From: the human T2T-CHM13v2.0 reference genome, Homo sapiens
Reading direction: 5' to 3' (one strand)
Assembly (NCBI RefSeq): GCF_009914755.1
Contig: NC_060937.1
Length of the DNA stretch: 64,000 nt
This document shows, piece by piece, positions 1-12,744 of the stretch. Both the position numbers and the translations under genes were made by a program. The notes under the pieces were generated by a model. It saw only the letters and a list, made by a program, of their open reading frames with translations, was not told the origin of the DNA and did not search any database. Within the stretch, counting starts at the first letter, position 1, and each line of letters opens with the position of its first letter.

Positions 1-757
1 CTGTCCTAGAAATGCACGTGTTCACATTTACAGAAAGGTTTGCATATATATATTTTTAAAGTCCTCATTGAATTATCAATAGACAACTCAGTATTACACA
101 AACCCAAATCATTGCCTACTTCTCATTCTTACTCCACTATTAGCTGTAGCTGTGCAACATATCAAGAGTCAAGAAAATTTTGATGTTACATTTTGTGAGA
201 GCTAAGTATTAGGGATAAGTGTGAACATTAGATTAAAAAACTATTTTCATGCTTCATTTGAATCAATTATTACTTGAGAAGTTTAAGAAATGCCCAAGAA
301 TTCTGCCATTTTGGTATAGGCAGAGTGATCAAATCTTAGAACAAGAAGAGAAAACAGTAAAGTGTGGAGAGCAGAAAGATATGGGAATTATTGAAGAATG
401 GGATGAAGGATTAGTAAATGTAATTCTGTTATTGTTCAAAACTCTGAGATTCTCTGATAATTTTAATTGGTCTTGGAGGTTCCAGAAACTTAAGTAACAA
501 TCAGAAGAGCAAAGAGGAATTAAAGTTTTCCTTCCCAAACATCTTATGTTTCTTCAGATCCTTTTGTAAAATGCAAGAGCAATAAGGAGTGGTCAGATTA
601 TTGATTCCATGTGTTGAAAATACTGGGCCTGAAATCAGTACACAAGTAAAGAAAATGCTAGAAGGGGAAATAGGAAGCTCTAGATATTGAAAAGGGGTTC
701 TTAAAATGTAAGTAAGGCAGCCTATAGTAGAGAAAGTAATGGGTTTCTTAATTATAA

Positions 758-1090
<333 letters not shown>

Positions 1091-2116
1091 CCAGTTAGAA
1101 TTATCTTTCTAAGACTCAGTAATAATCCACCCTTCAGGAAGCAAGGGTCATACACTTTTCCACAGGAATTCCTTGGCTTACTCATTTGGGTGGTGTTGAA
1201 GTGGTACTCCTCACCTGTGCCCCCACAAAAGCATTCTATTTCTTCTTATATGTGGCACACAAACTATACTGTCCTAACAACAAATACATGTCTTCCTCCC
1301 CCACTACTTCTTTGTATTCCCTCCTACTGTCTGTCTACAATAGTTTTTAACACACAATAAATCCTAAATAAATGTGTCTGTTGAATAAATTTGAATTGAT
1401 CAGAATTTGACTTTAATGACAAAACATGCTTAATTCTTACAGGCATTTCTCAAAATGATGTTCAGAATGCACAAAATAATTAAACTCTTAAGCTATGAAA
1501 TACCAATTTTAAATAAAAACGTGGGAGAAATATCCCACGGATGTCCTTTTGGATGCTTTTTCACAGTCTCCTAAAAATAAAATTTGGAACTTCTTTTGCG
1601 CAGTTACTCTTTCAACATAGATAAGCAGAGATCTGGATGGGGTTTTTGCAGAAGTAAAAATTTTTTTATCTCTTATATTTATGATTTCTTCTGAGACTGA
1701 CTATGTGAAATGATGACATTTGTGCAGTTTATTAGCAGTCAGCTACAAATGTATTGGAGTAGTGTTATGTAACACTAAATAGTTTGAATCCCTAAAGGGA
1801 CAGCAAATATTTTTTTCGGCTGACATGTCTTATTAGTCAAAACCCTTAGGAAATCCTCTAAATAACCCATTCACTAAAAACCATGGCTTAAAAATCCTAG
1901 TTTAATTGTTTCCAAAGAAGTACTGAAAGTTTTAACATATAAAATACAAAGTAACCTAAGTGGAAATCAATCATCATGACATTTGCTAAAGTCCCTATTA
2001 ATTAAGAGAAGACTGAATAATAATATTTCTTTTTCAGGATCTGTTAATATAATTTTGGAGTTTGACACACAAGCAAAAATACATACACTAAGAGGAAAAA
2101 GAAATGTGGAAGATAC

Positions 2117-2510
2117 TGTAGGTTGATTTGTTCAACCCTACATCCCCAACCTTTTTTTGTCTTCTTTAATCTCTTCTATAGAGGCTAAATAAACATCTTT
2201 TGCAGCCAGGAGTGCCACATGACTCAATGTTGGCCAATGAGATGTGAGCCAAACCCTACAGCGAACTTTCTCTAGCACCATCATCCTTCTTTCTTTAAAC
2301 CCTGAATTTCCCGAAGAAGTATTTGTCTTATAATAGTGAATAAAAGGCCAAGAGAATCACACAGATAGCAGCCTGTTTATTTTGAGCAACTACATTATTG
2401 TCTACAGTCAATTACCACTAGACTTCTTGTCTCAATAGTATTTCCTTATTGCAAAGCCACTGCAAATTGTGTTCTCTGTTTCTTAAAGGGTAACTCACTC
2501 TTAACTGATG
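2117..2510. mobile_element. MaLR solo LTR, MLT1J/K-like, highly diverged
   Basis: Motifs 'ttttgcagccaggagtgccacatgactcaatgttggccaatgagatgtgag' and 3' 'ttctctgtttcttaaagg...ttaactgatgca' resemble old MLT1 LTRs. Confidence 0.55.
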
Positions 2511-5222
2511 CATCTATTTCAATAGTGCAACCTACATTGGTAGAGAATTATGGTTACAATATAATGGATAATGTTCTGTTTTTAAAATGTGTATTTTAAA
2601 TTATCTTCTAAAAGGCTAGTTTTTTAGTATTATCAGTTGACACACTTTGTTTTGCTGTCCTCACTCAGGTTTCCATTATGCCTTGATATTTACTCCTCCT
2701 AAGAGCTATGTAGATGTTTATTTGATACTGCAGTCTGAACCACGTCTTCCTTTAAGTGAGCTACTATGCCTTAAGGCATCCTGCATCTCTGCCTTGCCTC
2801 TGATGCTTCTTCTCAGCCTTGCTTGGGTCTTCTCCTTGAGATTCTCCAACAACAAAGGCATCCAAATGCATTGTTCATATAAATGTGAACTGAAAAGACT
2901 GTGTGCCATGAACAGTTTAAGTTTATTCCCTAAGTTCATGAATTATGACTGAACTCTGACAAAAGATTTCCTTATCAGTAATATTACACCATATGAAATC
3001 AATTTTTTATCAATGAAAATCATGAAATATAAATAGAATTTTCTCCCATATATTTACATACTATAATGCATTTTTTTTTAATGTGAAGATTAGTTCATAG
3101 GTTAGAAACCAATGTTTGACAACTCTGTTATCTTAAGCAACATTGAGAATATTTGCTCCTTGGTTGTAGAGGAAGAGATGCTATTTTCTCTGGAATTAGA
3201 ATCCTTTTATATTAAGTAAATAATAACAACAGTTCACTTTAATTATATGTTTACTTCATAAAGTAAGCATATGATCTCATTCAATATTTAAAAATATTGT
3301 GAAGTAGATTCTCTTTTCTAGGCCCTAGTGCTTACATAAAATAAAAATTTAGCAAATGTCTGTTGAATGGATAAATGAATGCATGAATCTTTGAGCTCAT
3401 TTTTTTTCAACTATGAATTGGAAGAAATACTAAGTTGAACAAGACAGACACGTTTTCTGCCTTCATATATATTTGAGTTGATGAGTGAGTAAATAAACAT
3501 GAAAATAAAAATAATTATAAGTTTTATTAAGTGCTATGAAGGAAACAAAGAGAGCGTGTGCTACGGATGAGGGGTAGGTAACAACATGTTCTTAAATAAG
3601 GCAATTAGCTGAGGACTTTAGTCACAGAGTCAGCTGATCATTGGTGATTTCAAATCATACTCACGTCTTCTGCCTCCTGAGCTGGTTCTGTGTCAACTAC
3701 TTTATTCTGATACACAGGCAAAATTGTGTACTGCTCCTTAAAAATAAGTTAGGCCGTTTGAGAAATAACATCAATTTTTTTCAGGTCTCAGATTGTTCTT
3801 GAAGTTGGACAAATATTCAGGAGTAATGAGAGACTAACTTTCGTCACCCTTCCACAATTTAGGAGATACTTAGAGTTACTTCAGCGTTTGGTATTGTAAA
3901 ATGACATCCATTGGTCTTAAAGTAGGAGAGTTTTAAAACAGTTTTCTAAGAAGCACTGAAAAATGGCTTCTTAAAAAGCACTGAGTTTCGTTTAAGCCTT
4001 GTGGCACCAGAGTTCCTATTAGTTATATAGCAATAACATAATTGGATATTTTGTGTCATTGCCTCTATTTTTTAAACATTAAATTTTATTAAGCATTTTT
4101 CATAAACAGTAATATTTTCAGGTGAGAATACAAAATAAATTGTTCATTTTAAGAGTTAATTCTGTAACCAGGTCTATGGTTGAACTGTAAAGTTAGAAAT
4201 TAATTTACACACTCAGGATTGCTGTTTGCAAAGACCATTTGTTTTTTCCAATAGAGTAAGGAAAGCAGCTGAGCAAAATGGAATTCCAGTTTTTCTAAAG
4301 GGCTGTTATAACGACAGGAGTTTGGTACAATTATGTCTATTTACTTGTCCTGACACTGGGTTATCTCCCTCGTGACCCTGCAGAGCCTGAGGTAATGCAT
4401 TCTGCATGGTAGTTTGGGTCTGAGAAAGTTCTAAGAACTTAGTGACAATTATGCATTGTGCTTCATTATTTATCACACTGGGGTAACGTGAATCTCTCTG
4501 ATGTCCACTACAGGCTGATCCGAGGCCCCTGTTCACAAGGAAAGTCATGAGGAACCCTTATCCTACTTTCAAAACATTACCCGCCTGCACCATTTTCATT
4601 TTATTCAGTAGGGATAATGTGCTTATGACTGGGAACAGCCATTCTGTATTCTAGCTTGACTCTCCTTTAAACTAGTAGTTGTGCTGTACATGACATACCT
4701 TGTGTTACTAGAAATTAGGATATTTGCTCTGGAAAATTTTAACAACTTCAAAGTGTAAATGAGCAGCCAGAAATGTTTCTACGAGGTCAGCTGCATTCCA
4801 CCAACACCAGAAGCCTGCATGTATCTGATTTTGTAAATAAACAAGAGACATGATGTTTGAAAAAACTTGGTTTTCCTTGACCTGTGCAAAATTGGTTGGA
4901 ATGTTTCTTTAACATTCCCACTTGCCTTTCAAGCTGCAGATTAATGTAAAATTCCAAGATTTTTTAGGAACCAGTGTCTGCATTTTCTACTTGATGAAGA
5001 AGCTTTGGAAAGAACAATTGCTTCATTTAAAACTTTTCTAAAATCAATACTGAACAAAATTGTATTTATACCCATACTTATTCAGCTTGGGTATTTTCAA
5101 CTTAGAGAGCTTAAATTCTAGACCCAGTATAACATAAGAAATGTCAAATGTAAGAAACAAAGATTCTAGAATATTCCAGACCCCTGGTGGTATTTTCTGA
5201 GTCAAAGGGAAGCTATAGAACG

Positions 5223-5361
5223 TGTAGCAGGACGAGCCACAGACAAAACTCCTCAGACACCGAGTTAAAGAAGGAAGAGGTTTATTCGGCTGGGAGAATC
5301 GGCAAGACTCCTGTCTCAAGAGCCAAGCTCTCTGAGTGAGCAATTCCTGTCCCTTTTTAGG
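5223..5361 (-). mobile_element. 3' LTR (LTR2 family), truncated: only TATA-R-U5 remains
   Basis: Aligns to 10513-10651 with about 16 differences in 139 bp by eye, many at CpGs. AATAAA on minus at 5281-5286. Similarity stops abruptly at 5361. Confidence 0.9.
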
Positions 5362-5542
5362 ATAGTTTGTAACTGTGTGATTTGGTTGAGCATGTGAATG
5401 GGGGTCTGGTATCCTTATGAGCCGTCTTGTGCATAAGTAGCAGGCCTATAATATTGTATAATTCTCTCAGGGGGCTATTTATTATCTTTTTTATTATTAT
5501 TATTATTTTGGCTAACACTTTACTTGTGTTGTTTATGAGCCC

Positions 5543-5893
5543 TCACCAGTCTTCAGTTCTTAATTTTATTTTAAAAACCGTGGTCATGGGAGGCTCAGAT
5601 GGGTCATAACACACATCAGATTGGTCATTTCCTGGGCTACATACCTTATATAGAATAAAATTATACAAACAAGTTTTTTTTAGGGTTCCAGTACACTTAT
5701 AATAACTATAAAATAATAAGGCCTTAGCAACTTTTTGTCCTACCTCAGTGACTTGATGTATACACTGGGAACAGCCCTCAGTCTGAGGAAGGTCAGTTGA
5801 AGTCCTTACTGCACAAGTCCAAATTTTAAGGAAAATGAGTCTTGTGATGAGTTTCTTCATGCTTTGGCTGTGTGTGGACCAGTCAGCTTCCAA
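5543..5893 (-). pseudogene. ERV env SU N-terminal remnant (HERV-I/ERV3-like)
   Basis: Translation 'YSYYKCTGTLKKTCLYNFILYKVCSPGNDQSDVCYDP' has the Cys spacing of ERV3/HERV-I-type SU (YHTYYECAGT..TC....Y.VC.PG..QP.VCYDP). Confidence 0.7.
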
Positions 5894-6180
5894 GTGTGAC
5901 TGGAGCAGGGCTTGTTGTCTTCTTCAGAGTCACTTTGCAGGGGCTGACAAAGCTGCTCCCATCCACGTATAACTCTCAGTCTACTGATGTTTAAGGTTGG
6001 TCTCAGAGGTTGGGCCCACTAGAATAAACTGAGTCCAATACCTCTACACAGTTATGTTTAACTGGACTCTCTGATACCAGAAGCAAGGTGGCGGGGTTTA
6101 GGGTGTTGTAAACTTCAATGGTGATGTTGGGATTTTCACAGAGCAAGCTTTGGTTATCTAGTTAGTCTAGCATTCGTTAA

Positions 6181-6408
6181 CTAATGATGTCCTTCGGTAT
6201 TTATTAAAGTCACCACAGCATGGGAGGACTTTATGTTTAGGTTTTGCCCAAGAGTTACTTTATCTGCTTCTTGTGCTAACAGGGCCATTGCTGCCAGGGC
6301 CCTTAGACATGGGGGCCAGCCTTTGGAAACTCCATCTAGTTGTTTTGAGAGATAGGCCACTGGCCTTGGCCAAGGCCCCACAGACTGGATTAAAACTCCA
6401 ACTGCCAT
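6181..6408 (-). pseudogene. ERV pol remnant (RT connection / RNase H-like domain)
   Basis: 'AVGVLIQSVGPWPRPVAYLSKQLDGVSKGWPPCLRALAAMALLAQEADKVTLGQ' is the classic gammaretroviral RPVAYLSKKLD..GWPPCLRA motif. Confidence 0.9.
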
Positions 6409-6699
6409 TTTTTTTTTCTTTCTGACACATAGGGTGTAAAGGGTTTTGTCAGGTCAGGTAGCTCCAGGGCTGGGGCCAACATGAGTTTTTTTTTTTTTTT
6501 TTTAACTCATGGAAAGCTTGCTGCTGTTGATTGTAATAGGTGTAGTTTATCTAATCTACATTTTTATTAACTGTCACCCACTAAAATATTGACTTAAATC
6601 CTATAGCTATTTGATTTCAAGCTTTAAATTGATCTGGTATTCCTTGCAGGACTCCAATTGCATCTAAATAGATGTGAGAGTTGAAAGATCCATAGGGAC

Positions 6700-7020
6700 T
6701 TCTCTCACTTTACGATGTCTTATTTTTTCTCCTTCTTGTTGATGAAATGCCCCAGTGAAAGGGATAGCCAAATGGACTAAAGCCCAAGTGTCACTCTAGT
6801 TATTCGGCAGAGTGCCCAGTAAAGATCCACCACAATACCACCACACATCTGCTTGGGGATGAACAAGGGCTGACTGATTGATAAGCTCTTGAAAATTCTT
6901 AAGCTCATCGCATCCCTTCAGGTCTCCAAGGGATGCTAAGTTGCCTCCCTGTCGTGAGAGACATGAAGTGAACTTAATGTTGGGAAGCGGAAGCTGGATG
7001 GCCCTTGGGGGCTGACCCAC
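6700..7020 (-). pseudogene. ERV env remnant (HERV-E-like SU C-terminal part)
   Basis: 'HPQADVWWYCGGSLLGTLPNN*SDTWALVHLAIPFT' resembles class I ERV env (ADVWWYCGG.LL.TLP.NWSGTCALVQLAIPFTL). In-frame stop. Confidence 0.65.
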
Positions 7021-7748
7021 AGGGTGCCAGACTTTGGGATATAGCAGAGAGAGCTTGGCATGACTTATTACTTCAGGCTGTAGAATACTGGAAAAGAGCT
7101 ACCATGCAGCCTACGCCTGGTCAACTGGAGGACCACCTTAATAGAAAGGGGAAAATCTGGGCCTCTGGCCTGCCATGTGCACAAGCATAACAATTGCTTT
7201 TGTTTAACGTGCAGGCGGAATATTTGATCCATTTTAACCAGGCATTTGCATCTTGGTATCCTGTCTTAATTGCTAAAGTTTGTTTTAAGTCTTTAACTTC
7301 TATGATCCTCTAGTAAAATGAATGTATGATTTTAGGAAATTATAAAAACCAGTCGGGGCAGTTCATCCTTGCTCTTTAGTGGTCCACAGAATGTTGGACC
7401 AACTATGGCATAAAAGCTCTATGTTGGGGGGCAAGACTCCTGGTTGGCACTGGGGTCTTTATCGAAATCTCCCCCGATTAAACGGTCCTAGTTTACCAAT
7501 GCCCAGTCTAAAGAGAGTCAAGAGGGATAGAAGTACTTTTCTGAAGTAGAAAGCTGTCTTTGACTTGGCAAGTCTCCACAGGGTATAACAAGGCAAGCAT
7601 TAAATGCAACAGTTTGAGGTGAAATTGACTTGGTTATGTTAATAACTAGATGGTCCGCAATAGAATGAGGAAAGAAGAAAGAGTAATAGAATAGATGAAA
7701 AGAGTTAAATTTTTCTTAGCTTTAGCTTGGTAGGGTTTTCCCCTGGGA

Positions 7749-7960
7749 CTATGGCCCACGACTCTGGAGGGGGTGGTGCTTTCTTGACTCAGGTGTGATG
7801 AGTCCATCCTTTTTTGCTGTATGAACAGCAGCCTTGGTGGTTAGCAGCACAAAGTAGGGTCCTTCCCAGGCTGGCTCGAGTTTTTCTTCTTTCCACCTTT
7901 TGATGAGAACGTGATCTTCAGGCTGGTGCTGGTTTACTGGAAATTCTAGGGGTGGTATGC
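7749..7960 (-). pseudogene. ERV integrase C-terminal (GPY/F) remnant
   Basis: 'PPLEFPVNQHQPEDHVLIKRWKEEKLEPAWEGPYFVLLTT' contains the W.GPY.VLLTT motif of gammaretroviral integrase. Confidence 0.85.
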
Positions 7961-9566
7961 ATACTAAAAGACTTTTAAGTGGAAGATAAGCCAAGTATAT
8001 AATTTTTAAGAAATTGACCATTTGTTTTAAATGTGGGGACCTTGGCAGTGGACTTTATAGTCCTTAGTGCCTTGTTACTGAGAAATTTCCTTTAGCACCT
8101 ATTTTTATTAGTTTTTAAATCAAAGAAAGCCAAATACCATTACATTTAACAATGCTTCCTGTATGATTTTTATACCAGATAAGTTAAATTTTACCTTTAT
8201 ATTAATGTGTTATTAATGTTAAACCTAATTTTAATAAAACCTTGCAGACATATTTATCTAATTTTTAATATTTGACTATAAGGTAAGATTTTATAGACTC
8301 TTTTTAACATTTTATAATTTTTGCTAAAGAGCAGGTTGGTACTTCAAGAAAAACCTGTTATGCTTTTATTTTAATGTCCAGTTTACAGAAAAACTGGATG
8401 ATACCTCTTTAACTTTAGCCGATGTTTACACACAGATTTTTTTTTTCAATTAACATTTTAAAACTTGATTAAACCTTTAAAACAAAACGCACATATTTTT
8501 AACCTTTTAATGTAGGTAAAACTTTACATTCTTATGCCTCCTTATAATTCTTCTATTAAAAGTATATTTTACTTTTTTTATATACCTTGCACATAAACTG
8601 TTTCTTTAATAGTTTTACATTTAGGAGGCCTAATTACTTTTAAACTAGACAACATTTCTTGCATGAATTTCCTTTTATAACCTTTTTTTTCATGACTTTC
8701 GCAGGCAGTTCTTCAACATGCTTCAACTTTCTGACTTATTACAAATATTTCTTTCTTTAAACAACCAGCTAATTTATTTCAGGACAAGAATTTACCATAT
8801 AATACTCTTTTTACATAAATTCTGCCCCCCCTTTTTTCCTTTTTTTTTTTTTGAAGATGATAACCATTTTTTTCCAAAGCAAACTTCTTTTGTGTCTGTG
8901 GACTAGACTGTCTAAGGCCGCAAGAATAGAAGTTAGTATAAAACATGTTACACTGTTAACTTTTAGCAAACTTTACTTTTGTTGAAAACCTTGCAAGTTT
9001 GGGATTTTAATTATCCTTTGCTATTAATAAGACCTTGTTTTGTCCAAATTAACTTAGAATTGGTATAGATGGCTTTTTTTTTCCTAACAGAATAGCCCCT
9101 TGCTTTAATATTTTTGAGTTAGTAAGCTACTTTTTTGCTTTTTTGATTTAGGATATTTCTGAACTGAACTAGTGAGGTGTGCTCACAATGAGGTTTCCTC
9201 TAAAAGTTATTATTATTATTTTACTTTTTTTCTGTTAGCAAAGTAGTTGCTGCTACAGATTGAATGCATTTGGGCCATCCACAGGCTACTGGGTTAAGGA
9301 TTTTTGATAGGAAGGCCTCAGTGCTTTTGGGATACGCCCTTGTTTACACTGACAACAAAGTAGTATTGGAGTGTTACAGGATTATGGAGAATACCTTCAA
9401 TTATCAATTATAGGTTTCAAATTTACCTTGGCTTTTAAAGGAATAGGGTACACTTTTTTTCTTAACTACTTGTATATCTCTGTCTTTCTCTTCTCTGTCT
9501 CTCTCTCTCCTCTCTGCCTCTCTCTCTCTCTCTCTGCCTCTGCCAGCCACTTATGCTGCAATTCTC

Positions 9567-9767
9567 TCAACCACTGTGAAGGGATCTAAAACCAGCAGTA
9601 ACCAAGCATCTATGTACGGGAACTGGTCTGGGTGCCCTGGCTTTACAGGTTACCTTGTGCCATACCTTTGAAACAAGGGACCTTTCCAGGCTTCCTTCTG
9701 ATGGCCAACCTACCTCTAATGCTGGCCAGTCTATTTTACATAAAGTTCTAAGTTTTCCTGGTGTCAT
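9567..9767 (-). pseudogene. ERV gag matrix (p15/MA) remnant, HERV-E-like
   Basis: 'KLRTLCKIDWPALEVGWPSEGSL' is the conserved gammaretroviral MA motif C..EWP.F.VGWP.EG. Confidence 0.88.
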
Positions 9768-10489
9768 AGTCTCCCTTAAATCCCTTTTTGAAATTTTTCA
9801 ACATAGGTCCTAGTAGGGTGGGCTTATTTGTGCCTGACCCATGCTTCTTTGAGGCAAAACACCACGCTCACACCACATGCACACCACAAAACAAAGAACC
9901 GGTAAAAAGGGCACACACACACTTTTACAGTTTACACCAAACAAAAATCAAAACCAAAATCAGAGTATCCAGAAATTCAAGCCAAGTCAAAGACAAAACC
10001 AAAGTATCAAGCAATCCAAGTCAAATCAAAAACAGAAACCAAAGTGCCGGTACAGGCACACCATCGGTGATCAGGCCATGCTTCCACTCAAATGGAGTAG
10101 GCAAGTTCCCAAGACCAGTCCTGTCAAGCAATTCAAACCAAGTCAAAACCAAAACCAAAACCAAAGTGCCAATAAAGGCACACCGTGGGTGATCAAGCCA
10201 CGCTTCTACTCAAATGGAGTGGGCAAGTTCCAAAGACTAGTCTTACCAAGTTTCAGATGTCCAGACTCCAAGTACCAGTTCCTTCCCAGTGTTCAGCCAC
10301 TGTGTTGATCCTCCACGGGGGCCTGCCACACACTGCTCTGGCAAGGCGTCCCACCGGGGCAAATGCCTACCTGGGAGTGCTCTCAGGATCCACGTTGCTC
10401 GGGCTGGCCAGAGTCCCCCACCGGAATGTTCCACAGGGCAGGCTTAAGTCACCTAAGGAGCTGCCTCGACCATCCACCAATCACCTCAC

Positions 10490-10507
10490 TTCCCAGTCAG
10501 GGAACCA
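10490..10507 (-). promoter_or_regulatory. Retroviral primer-binding site, tRNA-Glu
   Basis: Minus strand reads TGGTTCCCTGACTGGGAA, 5 nt downstream of the 5' LTR. This is complementary to the tRNA-Glu 3' end with one CpG-type change. Confidence 0.9.
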
Positions 10508-10512
10508 GGAAA

Positions 10513-10974
10513 TGTAGCAGGACAAGCTGCAGACAAAATTCCTCGGATACCGAATTAAAGAAAGAAGAGGTTTATTCGGCCAGAAGCATCGGCAAGACTC
10601 CTGTCTCAAGAGCTGAGCTCTCTGAGTGAGCAATTCCTATCCCTTTTAAGGGCTCACAACTCTAAGGGGGTCTGCGTGAAAGGGTTGTGATTGATTGAGC
10701 AAGCAGCAGGTACATAACTGGGGGCTGCATGCACTGGTAATCAGATCAGAACAGAACAGGACAGGAATTTTCACAGTGCTTTTCCATACAATGTCTGGAA
10801 TCTATAGATAACATAACCGGTTAGGTCAGGGGTCGATCTTTAACTACCAGACCCAGGGTGTGGCACCAGACTGTCTGCCAGTGGATTTCATTTCTGCCTT
10901 TTAGTTTTTACTTATTCTTTCTTCAGAGGCAGAAATTGGGCATAAGACAATATGAGGGGTGGTATCCTCCCTTA
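10513..10974 (-). mobile_element. 5' LTR, full length, LTR2 (HERV-E/Harlequin) family
   Basis: Minus strand starts TAAGGGAGGATACCACCCCTCATATTGTCTTATGCCCAATTTCTGCCTC and ends GTCCTGCTACA. TATA-like CCCTTAAAAGGG at ~10641-10652, AATAAA at ~10571-10576. Confidence 0.92.
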
Positions 10975-11194
10975 AATGGACTCCAATAAATGTAAGTCAG
11001 CTGTGGGTGTATGGATTGCTCTCCATTAGCAGGGAGCAGCTTAGGTTGATGCAGCAGAAAGGTGGCAGAGTCTTAGGTTTGAGTTAGGCAAGATAGATGA
11101 GGAAAAGGCAGACAGTGAACTGCTAAGATGGAATGTTCGTGCCTTATCCGAGAAATGTCCAAGTCTGCATAACCAGGAGAGACAGAGGATGTTC

Positions 11195-11735
11195 TGAGAT
11201 GTCTCCCTGCACTCTTGCTATGTCTATAGTCAATTCTCCACACCCTAGCCAGCAAGACCAAATGCAAGTCTAAGTCAATTCAAGTCATTCCCCTGCTTAA
11301 GACTTTCCAATGTCTCCCAGTAGCTGAATAAAGTTCATATATATTTCCAAATATAATTTGGAAGATAAACACCAAATACATTTCTAACTCATTGCCATTG
11401 CCTACAAGGCCCTAAATGATCCATTCTGGTAAGCTCTCCAACTTCCTTTCTTACCCTGCCCCCACTCATGTCCACCTATACCAGCCTCTTTGCAGATCCT
11501 GAAACATGCCATGCTGAACCTTTTCTCAGGGACTTCTTCTTGCTGAACTTCTTCCCCCATTCCCACCTCTCCCAGACTGAAATGATCTATCCTAGTTGTC
11601 TGCCTGTATTGATCTCTCACTTTATTAGGGTCCTCACTTCCTTCTCAAGTCTTCTCCTTGGAGAAGTCTTCCCTAGTACACTCTCTAAAATAGTTTCTCC
11701 ACCCGTCATGAGGCCAAATTATTTGTTTACAGTAA
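11195..11735 (+). mobile_element. L2 LINE fragment
   Basis: 'ctctccctgcactcttgct...caattctccacaccctagccagc...tcattcccctgcttaagactttccaatg...aaggccctaaatgatc' is typical L2 3' region. It continues at ~14340-14420 past the L1. Confidence 0.65.
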
Positions 11736-12259
11736 TATCACTTTCCCCCTCAGCTTTATTGAGGTACAGCTAGTATCCAAAAAGCTGCATGTAATTAATG
11801 TTCACAGTTTGGTGGGTTTGGACAAGTGTATACATACACTCACGTTATCATTACTACAAGCCAGGTAATAAACATATCCATTACCTCCAAATTTTCCTTG
11901 TGTCCCATTGTTTTGTTTTTATGGTAACAACGCTTCACATGAGATCTACTCTCTTTAAGTTTTTAAGTTCACAAAATCTTATTGTTAACTATAGTCACTG
12001 GGTTGTTCAGCAGATTTCTGGAACTCACTCATGTTGTATAACTGTAAATTTATACACATTGAACAACAACTTCCTATTTCCCCCTCCCACCAATCCCTTG
12101 GTAACTATCATTCTATTGTCTACTTCAGTACCTTTGATTATTTTAGGTATCTCTTACGTATAAGAGGAATATGCAGTATTTGTCCTTCTGTGACTTATCC
12201 CACTTACCATAACGTATTACAGATCCACCCATGTTATCATAAATGGTAAGATCTCCTTC

Positions 12260-12563
<304 letters not shown>

Positions 12564-12575
12564 TAAATGATATTC

Positions 12576-12577
<2 letters not shown>

Positions 12578-12663
<86 letters not shown>

Positions 12664-12744
12664 GTGTATATATATATATATATACACGTGTATATATATA
12701 TATATATACACGTGTATATATATATATATACATAAAATACACAC

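Larger units (their letters stand above)
5223..10974 (-). mobile_element. Degenerate ERV1 provirus, Harlequin/HERV-E type with LTR2-family LTRs
   Basis: Two homologous LTR ends (5223 and 10513, both 'tgtagcaggac'), a tRNA-Glu PBS, gag/pol/env peptide remnants, and a 4-bp TSD aacg (5219-5222) / aatg (10975-10978) differing by one CpG transition. Confidence 0.9.

Noticed and set aside
9788-10629. Overlapping 110-143 aa plus-strand ORFs
   Set aside because: Antisense to the ERV leader and LTR, kept open by low-complexity AAACC repeats, with no protein-like features.
12600-12720. CRISPR-like regularly spaced palindromes
   Set aside because: Spacers are pure (TA)n rather than unique sequence, the context is eukaryotic and there are no cas genes.
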